64,000 nucleotides of DNA from Glutamicibacter sp. (GCF_050701915.1 NZ_JBOGEG010000015.1:9569-73568), one strand, 5' to 3'. Positions 54,179 to 63,973 are shown, counted from the first letter of the stretch. Notes: generated by a model not told the origin, from the letters alone. Numbers and translations: made by a program.

Positions 54179-54848
54179 TTACTTAGCTATCGACACCTCT
54201 GCCAACGCATCCGTGGCACTGGTTGACAAGACTACCGGTTCTATTGTCGACAAGCGTGTGTCCTCCAAGGGAAACGACCAGACCGAAACCCTGTCGGCGT
54301 ATGTCGAAGAACTTTTGGACGCTCACGGCCAGAAAGGCCAAGACCTTGCCGGCATTATCGTTGGCGTAGGTCCGGGTCCATTCACCGGCCTGCGCGTTGG
54401 TTTGGTTGCCGCACGTACCTTCGGCTTCGTTTGGCAAGTACCCGTATATGGTGTGATGTCGTTGCATGCGCTCGCCGAACAGGTACTGGAGTCCGGCGAT
54501 GTTCCAGCTGAATTCGTTGTCGCCTCAGACGCACGCCGCAAGGAAGTGTACTGGGCCCGCTACGGCAAGGCCGGTGTCATGGTTGTTGGGCCGCATGTTT
54601 CTGCGGCATCAGCTCTTCCAGCGTTGCCAGTCTTCGGCGTGGGCGCCGGTATCTATGCTGAGCAACTTGAGGAAGTCGGCGCCAAGCCAATGACTGGGTC
54701 TTTTGAATGGATTGCTGACGCTGGATTCCTGGCCCGTCGAGGCCTAGGCGACCTCGCTGACGGCAAGGACCTATCCGATACCTCGCCCCAGTATCTGCGT
54801 GAATCCGATGCGCAGGTCCCGGCCTTCATGAAGAAGGCCAAAGCATGA
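54171..54848 (+). CDS. tsaB: tRNA t6A37 biosynthesis protein TsaB
   Basis: MPNYLAIDTSANASVALVD..GVGPGPFTGLRVG. The ATG at 54171 overlaps the tsaE stop by 8 nt. Confidence 0.9.
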   Translation: MPNYLAIDTSANASVALVDKTTGSIVDKRVSSKGNDQTETLSAYVEELLDAHGQKGQDLAGIIVGVGPGPFTGLRVGLVAARTFGFVWQVPVYGVMSLHALAEQVLESGDVPAEFVVASDARRKEVYWARYGKAGVMVVGPHVSAASALPALPVFGVGAGIYAEQLEEVGAKPMTGSFEWIADAGFLARRGLGDLADGKDLSDTSPQYLRESDAQVPAFMKKAKA

Positions 54849-55336
54849 GCGAGCAGAACCAGGTACTTCTGCGCCGCATGCAACCAAATGATCTGGAAGC
54901 CGTTCATGACCTGGAACAACAGCTTTTTCCCGAGGATGCATGGCCACTGGCCGGTTTTGAATCCGAGCTAGCGCAGCGCGATACCCGCACCTACTGGGTC
55001 TATGAAGACGCTGGTCGAGTTGTCGGCTATGCCGGTCTGTGCGTGGTCCTTCCGATAGCCGATGTGCAGACTATTGCTCTGCACCCTGATTACCAAGGAC
55101 GAGGCCTGGGGCGCGAGCTATTGTCATTGCTGATCAAGACTGCCGGTGAGAAAAATGCGCTGGACGTGATGCTTGAAGTTCGCTTTGATAACCCCACGGC
55201 TATTGGCCTGTATGAATCCATGGGATTCACAACCATTCACCGTCGCAAGGGCTACTACAAAGGCGGGGTTGACGCACTGATCATGAGACTCCCGCTGGAT
55301 GCACAGCATGGACAAGAGGAAGAACGAAACGCATGA
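54845..55336 (+). CDS. rimI: Ribosomal-protein-alanine N-acetyltransferase (GNAT)
   Basis: 163 aa. ATGA overlap with tsaB. GNAT block [14 protein letters not shown]. Conserved tsaB-rimI-tsaD context. Confidence 0.85.
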   Translation: MSEQNQVLLRRMQPNDLEAVHDLEQQLFPEDAWPLAGFESELAQRDTRTYWVYEDAGRVVGYAGLCVVLPIADVQTIALHPDYQGRGLGRELLSLLIKTAGEKNALDVMLEVRFDNPTAIGLYESMGFTTIHRRKGYYKGGVDALIMRLPLDAQHGQEEERNA

Positions 55337-56403
55337 GCATCACCGAACCCGTAGTACTGGGCATTGAGTCCTCTTGCGATGAAACCGGCGTGGGCATCGT
55401 GCGCGGCAACAAGCTTCTAGCTAACGCTGTGTCCAGCTCCATGGATGAGCACGTACGCTTTGGTGGCGTGATTCCCGAGATCGCTGCGCGTGCACATTTA
55501 GAAGCCTTCGTACCTACCTTGCAGTCCGCCTTGGATGCAGCAGAGCTGACTCTTGACGATATTGATGCCATCGCCGTGACCAGCGGTCCAGGTCTGGCCG
55601 GAGCCCTCATGGTTGGCGTATCGGCGGCCAAAGCTTTGGCCCTGGCTACCGGCAAACCGCTCTACGGCATCAACCACCTGGTTGCCCACGTAGGTGTAGG
55701 CGTTCTCGAAGGAACCGTATTGCCACCATCTTTCGGGGCATTGCTGGTCTCGGGCGGGCATACCGAAATCTTGAAGGTTACTTCGCTGACTAGCGATGTG
55801 CAGCTGTTGGGTTCCACGATTGATGATGCAGCGGGTGAAGCCTATGACAAGACTGCTCGTCTGCTAGGTCTTGGGTATCCAGGTGGGCCGGCTATCGACA
55901 AGGCGGCCAAGGATGGAGACCGAAAGGCATTCCGGTTCCCTCGCGGATTGTCGCTACCGAAGTTCGTGGGCAGCGCTGAAAATCCTGGCAAGCATCGAAA
56001 TAACTTCTCGTTCTCAGGACTCAAGACTGCTGTAGCTCGCTGCGTTGAGCACTTCGAAGCTAACGGCGAAGAGATCCCAATTGCTGACATTGCTGCTTCA
56101 TTCCAGGAAGCAGTCGTGGACGTGATTACATCCAAGGCTGTGCGCGCAATGCAGGAACAAGGTCTGAAGACCTTGCTGTTAGGTGGGGGAGTTGCAGCTA
56201 ATACCCGATTGCGCGAACTGCTGGCGGCTCGTTGTACTTCGGCAGGAATCGAGCTTGTGGTTCCACCATTCAGCCTCTGCACGGATAACGGTGGCATGGT
56301 TGCTGCGCTTGGTGCACAGTTGGTTGCTGGTGGCGTGGCTCCATCTGGGTTGGGCTTTGCGACGGATTCTTCGCAGCCTGTCACACGGATTACCTTGGGA
56401 TAA
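55333..56403 (+). CDS. tsaD: tRNA N6-adenosine threonylcarbamoyltransferase
   Basis: 356 aa. ATGA overlap with rim[28 protein letters not shown]. Confidence 0.97.
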   Translation: MSITEPVVLGIESSCDETGVGIVRGNKLLANAVSSSMDEHVRFGGVIPEIAARAHLEAFVPTLQSALDAAELTLDDIDAIAVTSGPGLAGALMVGVSAAKALALATGKPLYGINHLVAHVGVGVLEGTVLPPSFGALLVSGGHTEILKVTSLTSDVQLLGSTIDDAAGEAYDKTARLLGLGYPGGPAIDKAAKDGDRKAFRFPRGLSLPKFVGSAENPGKHRNNFSFSGLKTAVARCVEHFEANGEEIPIADIAASFQEAVVDVITSKAVRAMQEQGLKTLLLGGGVAANTRLRELLAARCTSAGIELVVPPFSLCTDNGGMVAALGAQLVAGGVAPSGLGFATDSSQPVTRITLG

Positions 56404-56545
56404 TCGCATTGCCGTAGTTCCTAAAGCTGGGTATGTTAATCGGTTTCCCAACAGGGTGGGAGACTTCGAGCAATCCTGATTCACTCGCAATGAGAACTAA
56501 GCCAATTCCGGAGCCGCTTCCATCCTTGTGTTTCTTGGTTCCATT

Positions 56546-56583
56546 GGCTTGTTGCGCGCTGGGTATTCAGCGCGCAACAAGCC
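56546..56583. terminator. Hairpin between convergent tsaD and phosphoesterase genes
   Basis: Perfect 16-bp stem GGCTTGTTGCGCGCTG / CAGCGCGCAACAAGCC with a 6-nt loop. No T-tract on either side. Confidence 0.55.
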
Positions 56584-56590
56584 ATGCTGA

Positions 56591-57775
56591 CTATGGCATC
56601 GGAAGCGGCTCGTCGAGCGGTTGCGCCTTGGTGCTCATGTCGATTCCCAGATCCTTGGCAAACACCGTGCGGGTTCCGGTGTAGACTCCGTCTTTGTTCT
56701 CGTCGAGTTCAAAGACGCGAGCGCCACGAAGCTCGTGGTTCTCGGTACCGCCCAAACCATAGGTGCCGAAGCCGGTGCCCGGCGCGTAGCCCAGCTCGAT
56801 ACCGTAGTAGTCGCCCTTGAAGGTGTTGATGTGGTCGTGGCCGCAGTACACGCCACGAACATCCCCGCGTTCCTGCAGGGCAGTGAACATGCCGGAATTG
56901 AACGCACCGGTGTAGATGCCCTCGTTCTTGACTCCCTCGATGGAGTGCTTCTTGACTGCCTTCTCATGGTCGGCATCATTCGAGGTGAACTGGGCTCCGT
57001 ACCACATGTGGTGGTGCTCCCACAGCGGGATATGGAAGAACATCAGGGACTGGACCGTGCCGTAGCGTGCTTCGGTTGCCTTGGAGGCTTCGCGGTACCA
57101 AGCGATTTGCTCCGGGCGGATCCAGTCGTAGGACATGAGGCCCTCGAAGTCCTGGCCGCCAATGGTATCTGGTGCGTAGCGATTCGAATCCAGCAGCCAA
57201 ATGCCGAAGACAGGCTTGGCGTTCTTGGATGACGCGATTAGCAGCTGGGAGTTCGATTCTCCCTGGATCTTGTCATTCTTCGCGTTGGCGTTGAATTTGT
57301 AGCCGCGAACGAAATCGAGAATCTTGGCATCGGTCATATTTGTTCCGTTAGGCATCGAATCCTCGTCATGGTTGCCAAAGGTCAGAGCCCAAGGGATGCC
57401 ACGGGATTCCATTGGCTGCACCACATTGTTGATGGCTTGCTTGACCTCGGCGGTGGTCTTTGCCGAGCCATTGATGACATCGCCATTGATCAGCGCGAAA
57501 CCCGGCTTTTCGGTATCCAAGACTTTGTCCATCAGCTCCAGGGTGCGGCGATCGGTGCGCGGCCCATCCTGTGTGTCATTGAACTGGACGATCTTGAACT
57601 TGCCGTCGGCAGCGAACTTGAGCTTCGGGGCGGCTGCCGGGGACTTCTTGGCTGGCGCTGCAGCCGCCGCAGTGCTGCTAGCAGCGAAAAGACCGGTAAT
57701 CGCGGCAGCGGTGCTGCCAATCAGTACTCCACGACGGGGGACAGAAGAAGAATTGCTCACAGAACTGCCTTTCAC
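56591..57775 (-). CDS. Secreted (Tat-signal) calcineurin-like metallophosphoesterase
   Basis: 394 aa. N-terminal SVPRRGVLIGSTAAAITGLFA twin-arginine signal. Metallophosphoesterase blocks FNDTQDG, INGDVI, GNHD, FFHIPL and GHDHIN. Confidence 0.85.
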   Translation of the reverse strand: MKGSSVSNSSSVPRRGVLIGSTAAAITGLFAASSTAAAAAPAKKSPAAAPKLKFAADGKFKIVQFNDTQDGPRTDRRTLELMDKVLDTEKPGFALINGDVINGSAKTTAEVKQAINNVVQPMESRGIPWALTFGNHDEDSMPNGTNMTDAKILDFVRGYKFNANAKNDKIQGESNSQLLIASSKNAKPVFGIWLLDSNRYAPDTIGGQDFEGLMSYDWIRPEQIAWYREASKATEARYGTVQSLMFFHIPLWEHHHMWYGAQFTSNDADHEKAVKKHSIEGVKNEGIYTGAFNSGMFTALQERGDVRGVYCGHDHINTFKGDYYGIELGYAPGTGFGTYGLGGTENHELRGARVFELDENKDGVYTGTRTVFAKDLGIDMSTKAQPLDEPLPMP

Positions 57776-57986
57776 ATTAATAGATAGCCAGCTAATTAGT
57801 CAGTCGGCTGATAACTCCTAGAGCGTAGGGATGTCTAGTGACTGGATAGTGAACATTGGCAGTCTGCATTTGTCCCTGTGCATAAATAAAACGGTCGAAC
57901 TTGCGCCCTTCAAATGCGTTCCGATTAGAGCGTGCACCAGGTCACAAGATTCGCCGCGGCAAACATCAAACGTCTAATGTTTAAAC

Positions 57987-59258
57987 GTGATCGCCAACTC
58001 CTCTGATTCAGTGCTTCCGCCGACGGCCAATGCACCACGCAAATCCCCATGGCTGGCCGGTGCCCTAGCCATAGCCGCCGTAATCCTCGTGGGCCTGAAC
58101 CTGCGCATGGGCATTGCCTCGGCATCCCCGCTCTTCCATGACTTGCAGGAGATGATGGGGTACGGCACGTTCATCGCTTCGCTGCTGCCTACCATCCCAG
58201 TTTTGTGCTTTGCCGTGGCCGGCGCGGCAACGAGCTTGGTGATCCGCCGGACCGGCCTGGAACTGGGCATCGCCCTTTCCTTGCTGCTGCTCACCGCTGG
58301 CCTGGCCTTGCGCGTTGTTGATTCAACATGGGCTTTGCTGGCCGGCACCGTGGTGGGCATGTGCGGCTTGGCCATCTGCAATGTGGCCATGCCATCATTC
58401 ATTCGCGAGCACCATGGAAATCGTGCTGCCTCGATGACCGCGGCCTACACGACCACCATGTCCATCGGCGCGACGCTGGCTTCCGCAGTCAGCGTTCCGC
58501 TGGCGGTGCAGGCGGGTTCGCCGACGACGGCACTGGCTTTGTGGGCAATTCCCGCCGGCTTGGCTTTGCTGGTCTTTGTGCCGCTGTCCATCTCCGGGAA
58601 GCGTTCCGCAGTTCAGAAAGGCACGCATGTTTCTCCGTGGCCGCTGCTGGCCACGCGCAAGGGCTTGCTGTTCACCACTGTTTTCGGTATTCAGTCACTG
58701 CTGGTGTATACCGTGGTCAGCTGGTTGCCGCATATCCTCATTTCGCGCGGGCTGGAGCCAGTTGACGCCGGGTTGATGCTGGGCATCGTGCAGGGCGTAA
58801 GCATCCCGGCAGTCATGATCATGCTATGGATGGCCTCGAAGCCGACCCTGCTGCGCAGTGCCTTCGTGCTGACTACCAGTTGCTCTGTACTCGGCTTCAT
58901 TGCACTGCTGCTCTTGCCGGTCGAGCTGTCCTTGATCAGCTCGATCTTCATTGGCCTGGGCTTCGGGGTGTTCCCGCTGGTGATGCTCATGCTCAGCCGC
59001 AGTGGCGGCAGCGCAGAAGAAACGACAGCCCTGTCCACGGTGGCCCAATCTGTCGGCTACCTGATTGCAGCCATTGGGCCCTTCGCCCTGGGACTCATGC
59101 AGGGCGCGTTGGGGTCTTGGACGGCTGGCCTGGTGATCATCCTCGGTTTCGCTGTCGTGCAGCTTCTGTTCTGCTACAAGCTCGGCGGCCTGCGTACCGA
59201 AGCCGATTCGCATCAGCTGATCGAAGTTGACGGCTCGGCTGAAGTGGAGCGGTCATGA
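57987..59258 (+). CDS. MFS transporter (CynX/NimT-like)
   Basis: 423 aa, GTG start. About 12 TM helices. The N-terminal AIAAVILVGLNLRMGIASASPL pattern resembles the CynX subfamily. Confidence 0.7.
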   Translation: MIANSSDSVLPPTANAPRKSPWLAGALAIAAVILVGLNLRMGIASASPLFHDLQEMMGYGTFIASLLPTIPVLCFAVAGAATSLVIRRTGLELGIALSLLLLTAGLALRVVDSTWALLAGTVVGMCGLAICNVAMPSFIREHHGNRAASMTAAYTTTMSIGATLASAVSVPLAVQAGSPTTALALWAIPAGLALLVFVPLSISGKRSAVQKGTHVSPWPLLATRKGLLFTTVFGIQSLLVYTVVSWLPHILISRGLEPVDAGLMLGIVQGVSIPAVMIMLWMASKPTLLRSAFVLTTSCSVLGFIALLLLPVELSLISSIFIGLGFGVFPLVMLMLSRSGGSAEETTALSTVAQSVGYLIAAIGPFALGLMQGALGSWTAGLVIILGFAVVQLLFCYKLGGLRTEADSHQLIEVDGSAEVERS

Positions 59259-59929
59259 CCAAGGCTCCGGTGCGTCCGCCCTTGTCCGAAGAGGTCGTGG
59301 CGAAGTTGCAGGGCTCCGTAGCCCAGGGACGCTGGAAGGTAGGGGACCGCATTCCGGCAGAGCCCGAGCTGATGGCGGAAATGGGTGTCTCCCGGGGGAC
59401 CTTGCGTGAAGCCATCAAGGCACTGGCCAGCACGGGGATCTTCGAGGTCCGCCGTGGAGATGGCACATATGTGCGCGCGACCAGCGAGATCAGCGGCACC
59501 GCCCAACGGGTGTACCGCGACCACTCCGACCAGGATGTGCTCCAAGTGCGTTTCGCTCTGGATACCCAGTCGGCCCGGCTCGCTGCAAATGATGCTGATG
59601 CAAAAGTAGTCGAACGGCTGCGCGCTTTGCTAGGCCAGCGAAGCGAAGCTTGGGAGAACCGGGACTACCCTGCGTGGGCGAAAGTCGACTGGAAGTTCCA
59701 CCTGGAAGTGGCACGCGCATCCGGTGTTCCGCTGATGCATGAGATCTATGAGAGCTTCGGGGATGTTTTCCACGGAACCAAGATGGTCCAGCGGCTTTCC
59801 GACGGATTCGATGGCTGCCTGCACGAGGGCCACGAATCATTGGTTGACGCTATCGAAGCAGGCGACCCCGAGGCCGCGGCCCGAACCGTTATCAAGAATC
59901 TCGATTACTGCATGAGCTGGATGCCATAA
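59255..59929 (+). CDS. GntR family (FadR/FCD subfamily) transcriptional regulator
   Basis: 224 aa. ATGA overlap with the MFS gene. wHTH block IPAEPELMAEMGVSRGTLREAIKALASTGIFEVRRGDGTYV and a helical FCD-like C-terminal domain. Confidence 0.85.
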   Translation: MTKAPVRPPLSEEVVAKLQGSVAQGRWKVGDRIPAEPELMAEMGVSRGTLREAIKALASTGIFEVRRGDGTYVRATSEISGTAQRVYRDHSDQDVLQVRFALDTQSARLAANDADAKVVERLRALLGQRSEAWENRDYPAWAKVDWKFHLEVARASGVPLMHEIYESFGDVFHGTKMVQRLSDGFDGCLHEGHESLVDAIEAGDPEAAARTVIKNLDYCMSWMP

Positions 59930-60061
59930 GCGCGAAAGCCAGGTCCTGAATCAATGCCTGGACAAAGTTCGTCAAAACCGATTGCGGGGGAATGAACGGA
60001 GTTGCTCATTCTCGCATAGCATGGATGTTCTTAGCCATGAATGGCCAAGTGAAATGACAAG

Positions 60062-60883
60062 GTGAAATTGTTGGTGTTGACGCTAGAACCGATCCTGCGC
60101 AGTGCGGGTCTTGACCCGGCTGCAGTGCAGGTAATCCGCCACGCATTTGTCAGGGAACATGAGGACACGGAAGACCACGGTATCGACGCAGATTCAACTG
60201 ACGAAGAAATACTTGCCTATACGAGCAGGCAGTCGGCGAAGCCACGGGTCTTTCCTTCAGCGCCGCCCCGAATTTGGATCGTTTTCATTCGTGAAGGTGG
60301 CGACCGGGCAAGGTTCTGGGCAGTCGTGGAGAACCGAGGCGAAGTGTATAACGACGGTGTGATCCGGAAATTTGATCTAGTTGTCTCAGAGCAAATGTCC
60401 GACCTCAGGAATCGCTTGGTAATCGGTTGGAGATCACCCCGCGCCTGGCGGTTAAATGGTCCTACGAGTGCGGGCTACCCCGTGATGGAGATTGCCGACG
60501 CGCAACCTCTGCCCTTCCCTGGTTTTGACCAGCTCATATTGAATCATTCGCATCTCCAAGCTGTGATGCGAGAACACCGTTACGCTTCATGGCGGACCGC
60601 GCTCGCTTCGGTACAGGGCGTCTACCTGATCACCGACACAAACGACGGCCGTCAATATGTTGGCAAGGCTGATGGCGTGGAGAATATTTTTCAGCGTTGG
60701 AGTAGCTACGCTGTCAACGGCCATGGTGGAAATGTGGAACTGCGTGGACTAAACCCGTCCGGCTTTAGATATTCGCTGTTGCGAGTATTCGACCCGTCGA
60801 CACCGACGCGAGAAATTGATGCAGCCGAGAGCCATTTCAAACTTGCTCTCGCCACCCGTCAACACGGACTGAATCGAAATTGA
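60062..60883 (+). CDS. GIY-YIG nuclease-domain protein with uncharacterised ~180-aa N-terminal domain
   Basis: 273 aa. The C-terminal domain shows all GIY-YIG landmarks in order: GVYLITD, RQYVGKA, FQRWSSY (Arg), AESHFKLAL (Glu) and GLNRN (Asn). Start uncertain: GTG 60062 or TTG 60068. Local GC is lower than the flanks. Confidence 0.7.
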   Translation: MKLLVLTLEPILRSAGLDPAAVQVIRHAFVREHEDTEDHGIDADSTDEEILAYTSRQSAKPRVFPSAPPRIWIVFIREGGDRARFWAVVENRGEVYNDGVIRKFDLVVSEQMSDLRNRLVIGWRSPRAWRLNGPTSAGYPVMEIADAQPLPFPGFDQLILNHSHLQAVMREHRYASWRTALASVQGVYLITDTNDGRQYVGKADGVENIFQRWSSYAVNGHGGNVELRGLNPSGFRYSLLRVFDPSTPTREIDAAESHFKLALATRQHGLNRN

Positions 60884-61025
60884 TGCAAGGCAATCAAATC
60901 CTGGAAAGCATTTAGCTTCAAGTTGGAGCCTTGGATGAACGAACACCTGAGTTCGTCATGGCGTGTTCAGGTTAAGTCGCCCAATTCTCGGGATTTATCA
61001 TCATGTGGTTCCAAGAAAATAACCG

Positions 61026-61319
61026 TTATTCATTTGTGCTGGGCGATGCCTCGGTGGCAGAAGTTCCATTCATCGCCAGTAGATACGAGGCTGACGTGGC
61101 CACGGCAATTTGTTTCAAATAGCCGGTAATAGCAGCAAGTAAGCCGATTGGCACTAGAGCGAGAAGAACAGATGTCCCACCGATTAGTGCGACAAGAATA
61201 CCTACAGTGAGACCAATCGCTGCGAGGACCATGCCAACGGTTTGAAGTACGCTGCCTTCGGTCTGTACGTGTTGGACTGATGGCGGCGCGTAGTTATTCT
61301 TTCCCATGAAGCTGACCAT
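61026..61319 (-). CDS. Small two-TM membrane protein, unknown function
   Basis: 97 aa. Two adjacent hydrophobic helices (VLQTVGMVLAAIGLTVGILVALIGG / SVLLALVPIGLLAAITGYL). Lies in an AT-rich (about 40-47% GC) segment. Coding status is moderately supported. Confidence 0.45.
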   Translation of the reverse strand: MVSFMGKNNYAPPSVQHVQTEGSVLQTVGMVLAAIGLTVGILVALIGGTSVLLALVPIGLLAAITGYLKQIAVATSASYLLAMNGTSATEASPSTNE

Positions 61320-61433
61320 AGCAATGAAAGAAATTCAGTCAACTATTCGTGCTGGAGATAAAGCCAGCCAGAATAATTGACCCCTAGGAATTTCTGATTA
61401 GGAGAAATTGCATTATCGAGGGCGCTGCCCGGA

Positions 61434-62639
61434 CTAAACAGCCTTCATGCGCCGGACGTTTTCCTGCACCACGGCCTTGAAATCCCCGCCCGAAGCCGCG
61501 AACGTGTGACGCTGTAGCTGGTACTCGGCACCACGGTCGATCAAGCGGATGATGCCCTGCAGCTCTTCGGCGCATCCCAGCTGCTCGGCAATCGGCGCCA
61601 GGCGCTTGACCTCTGAACGCAGGTGGTCGGTTACCAGCATCTCGTCGCCTTGGGCGTTGAGGATGATGATGGCATCCAGTCCGTAGCGGGCAGCGCGCCA
61701 CTTGTTCTCGACGCGGAACCAGGCAGGCATGACCGGAATCTTGTAGCCGGCCTCGATGGACAGCGACATGTCGTGCACCAGGCACTGGGTCAGTGCGGTG
61801 ATCGCGGCAATGTCATCCAGGGAGCTCACGCCATCGCAGATGCGCATTTCCACGGTGCCCAAGCGCGGCACCGGGCGCACATCCCAGCGGATCTCGGAGA
61901 CATCGTCAATAACCCCGGTGTGCAGCATGTCTGCAACGTGGGATTCGTATTCGGACCATGAATCGAAGTGGAAGGGGATCCCGGCGGCTGGCAGCTGCTG
62001 GAACATCAGCGAACGCTGCGAGGCGTAGCCGGTGTCTTCCCCGCCCCAGTAGGGGCTGGAAGCGCTGAGCGCCTGGAAATGCGGCTGGTAGTTGATCAAC
62101 CCGTCGGTGATGGGCAGGGCCTTTTCGCGATCATCCAAACCCACGTGCACGTGCACGCCGTAGATCACCATCTGGCGCCCCCACCACTGGGTGCGGTCAA
62201 TCAGCTTGGCATAGCGATCCTTGTCCGTCACCGGCTGCAAGGTCGGCGCAGCAAACGGATGGGAACCCGCAGAATACAGGTCCACGCCGTGGTTGCCGGC
62301 GACCTCGTTGAGCATGCGCACGTTGGTGCGCAGTTCTTCGGCCGCGTCCGCCACGGTGGTATGGACGCCGGTGACCACCTCGACGGTATTCATCAGCAAT
62401 TCCGGTTTCACCGTGGGATGCTCATCTTCGTGCGCGAGGCCAGCCTCGTCCTTGAGCTGGTCAAGGATATTCTCGGCAACCGAGCACAAGTCCGCACTTT
62501 CGCGATTGACCAAGGCGATTTCCCATTCGACACCGATGGTGGATTGGGAAGAGTGGGCGAACTCGATTTTCTGCACGGCGCTCCTATTGATGACGTCTCG
62601 GACGGAATGCTCCGGAGCCGAACAAAATGGATGGAGCAT
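61434..62639 (-). CDS. Carboxylate-amine ligase, glutamate-cysteine ligase family 2 (YbdK-like)
   Basis: 401 aa. IGVEWEIALV, GSHPF, YGVHVHVG and EMRICD blocks are typical of GCS2/YbdK. N-terminal start uncertain. Confidence 0.85.
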   Translation of the reverse strand: MLHPFCSAPEHSVRDVINRSAVQKIEFAHSSQSTIGVEWEIALVNRESADLCSVAENILDQLKDEAGLAHEDEHPTVKPELLMNTVEVVTGVHTTVADAAEELRTNVRMLNEVAGNHGVDLYSAGSHPFAAPTLQPVTDKDRYAKLIDRTQWWGRQMVIYGVHVHVGLDDREKALPITDGLINYQPHFQALSASSPYWGGEDTGYASQRSLMFQQLPAAGIPFHFDSWSEYESHVADMLHTGVIDDVSEIRWDVRPVPRLGTVEMRICDGVSSLDDIAAITALTQCLVHDMSLSIEAGYKIPVMPAWFRVENKWRAARYGLDAIIILNAQGDEMLVTDHLRSEVKRLAPIAEQLGCAEELQGIIRLIDRGAEYQLQRHTFAASGGDFKAVVQENVRRMKAV

Positions 62640-62731
62640 CCACCGATTCCTCGATGTTTCTCCATACTCATTGTATGTATTGCGCCGCTCCTGCCGGGAC
62701 CATGTTCCGGTGGGACCTGCGTCACCCCAGA

Positions 62732-63973
62732 CTAGTGTGCGATGACCTCGAAAGCTACGCGTTTGTCTCCAAGGCGAGCCAGGATCAGCGTTGCCTTGTT
62801 CTTTGCGCTCTTGGGGGAGCCCGCCAGCAAGATGCGGCGCAATTCTTCGGGCGTGACGTCGACTCCGCGCTTCTTGATATCCAGTGTGCCGATGCCGTTG
62901 GATTTCACCCAGCTGCGCAGCTTCTTCACGTTGTAGTCATGGACAGCCATGACTTTGTAGCCGCGGGCAAACGGCGTGGAAATCTGCTGTCCATGGGTGA
63001 AGTAGGCGATGTGCTCATCGAGCAGGTGGCCGCCAGTCTGCTCCAGCAAGGTCGAGATCAGGTGGGAACGGATCACTGCGCCATCTGGTTCATAGATGTG
63101 GGCTTCCAGTTCGCCTACCGGGGCTGGTCGGTCATTTGCTGCGGCAGCTGCACTGGCCAGCTCGTGGGCACCGTCCTTGTCGATGACCAGCGCGGCACGG
63201 GCAATGTCCTTGCGCTTGAGCTTGCCGAACCAGAGGCAGGCCTCAATGACCGAGCCGTGGTCCGAAATCCAGACAGACTCGGCGTTCGCTGGAATCGCTT
63301 CATGGGGGAGGCCTGGACCGAGTTTCACTCCGACATCCAGCCCGGAGTCCACCAGTTTCTCCACGAAGGACAGGGGAGGGGAAAAGGCCTCGGGGTCGAA
63401 GAGCCGGCGGGTGCTTCCCTTCACGTCGGTACGCCGGGCTGGATCCAGCCAGACGCCGTCAATCCCGGTCAGGTCGGTATCCTCGGCGCTGCCGTGGATC
63501 ACGGTGGCGTTGTCGAAGGGCATCAGATTCAGGGTTGTGGCTGCCGCGGTGGTTTCATCCATCTCTACCGCGGTGACCTGAAGGCCGGCGCTGGCCAGCG
63601 CAATGGAGTCGGTGCCGATGCCGCATCCGAGGTCTGCCACGTGCGTGGATCCGGCATTGGTGTAGCGGCGGGCATGCAGCCCGGCGATGGTCAGGCGCGT
63701 GGCCTGCTCCAGTCCGGCCGGGGTCAAGATCAACGAGTCTGCGAAGGGGCCGAATTTCACCCTTGCCCGGAAACGCAGCTCGGCCTGGGCCATGACGGCG
63801 CGGACGACTTTGGGGTCGTGGCCTTCCTTGCGCAGCTTCTCATTCAGCGACCAAGCAGCATCCTTGGTGGCCACCATGGACGGGTCGATGGTGGAAAGCA
63901 GCTTCCACCCATCTTCCGAGAGCAGGGCGGTGAATTGTTCATCGAGCGTGGAGTCATTTGAAGCCTGGGCCAT
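62732..63973 (-). CDS. Class I SAM-dependent methyltransferase (with THUMP-like C-terminal region)
   Basis: 413 aa. SAM motif I VADLGCGIGTDSIALA. Substrate unknown. Confidence 0.7.
   Translation of the reverse strand: MAQASNDSTLDEQFTALLSEDGWKLLSTIDPSMVATKDAAWSLNEKLRKEGHDPKVVRAVMAQAELRFRARVKFGPFADSLILTPAGLEQATRLTIAGLHARRYTNAGSTHVADLGCGIGTDSIALASAGLQVTAVEMDETTAAATTLNLMPFDNATVIHGSAEDTDLTGIDGVWLDPARRTDVKGSTRRLFDPEAFSPPLSFVEKLVDSGLDVGVKLGPGLPHEAIPANAESVWISDHGSVIEACLWFGKLKRKDIARAALVIDKDGAHELASAAAAANDRPAPVGELEAHIYEPDGAVIRSHLISTLLEQTGGHLLDEHIAYFTHGQQISTPFARGYKVMAVHDYNVKKLRSWVKSNGIGTLDIKKRGVDVTPEELRRILLAGSPKSAKNKATLILARLGDKRVAFEVIAH

Noticed and set aside
59930-61433. Mobile element boundaries (integrase, transposase, inverted or direct repeats) around the GIY-YIG islet
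   Set aside because: No recombinase ORF is present, and I could not find convincing terminal repeats by eye. I therefore report it as a compositional islet, not as a mobile element.
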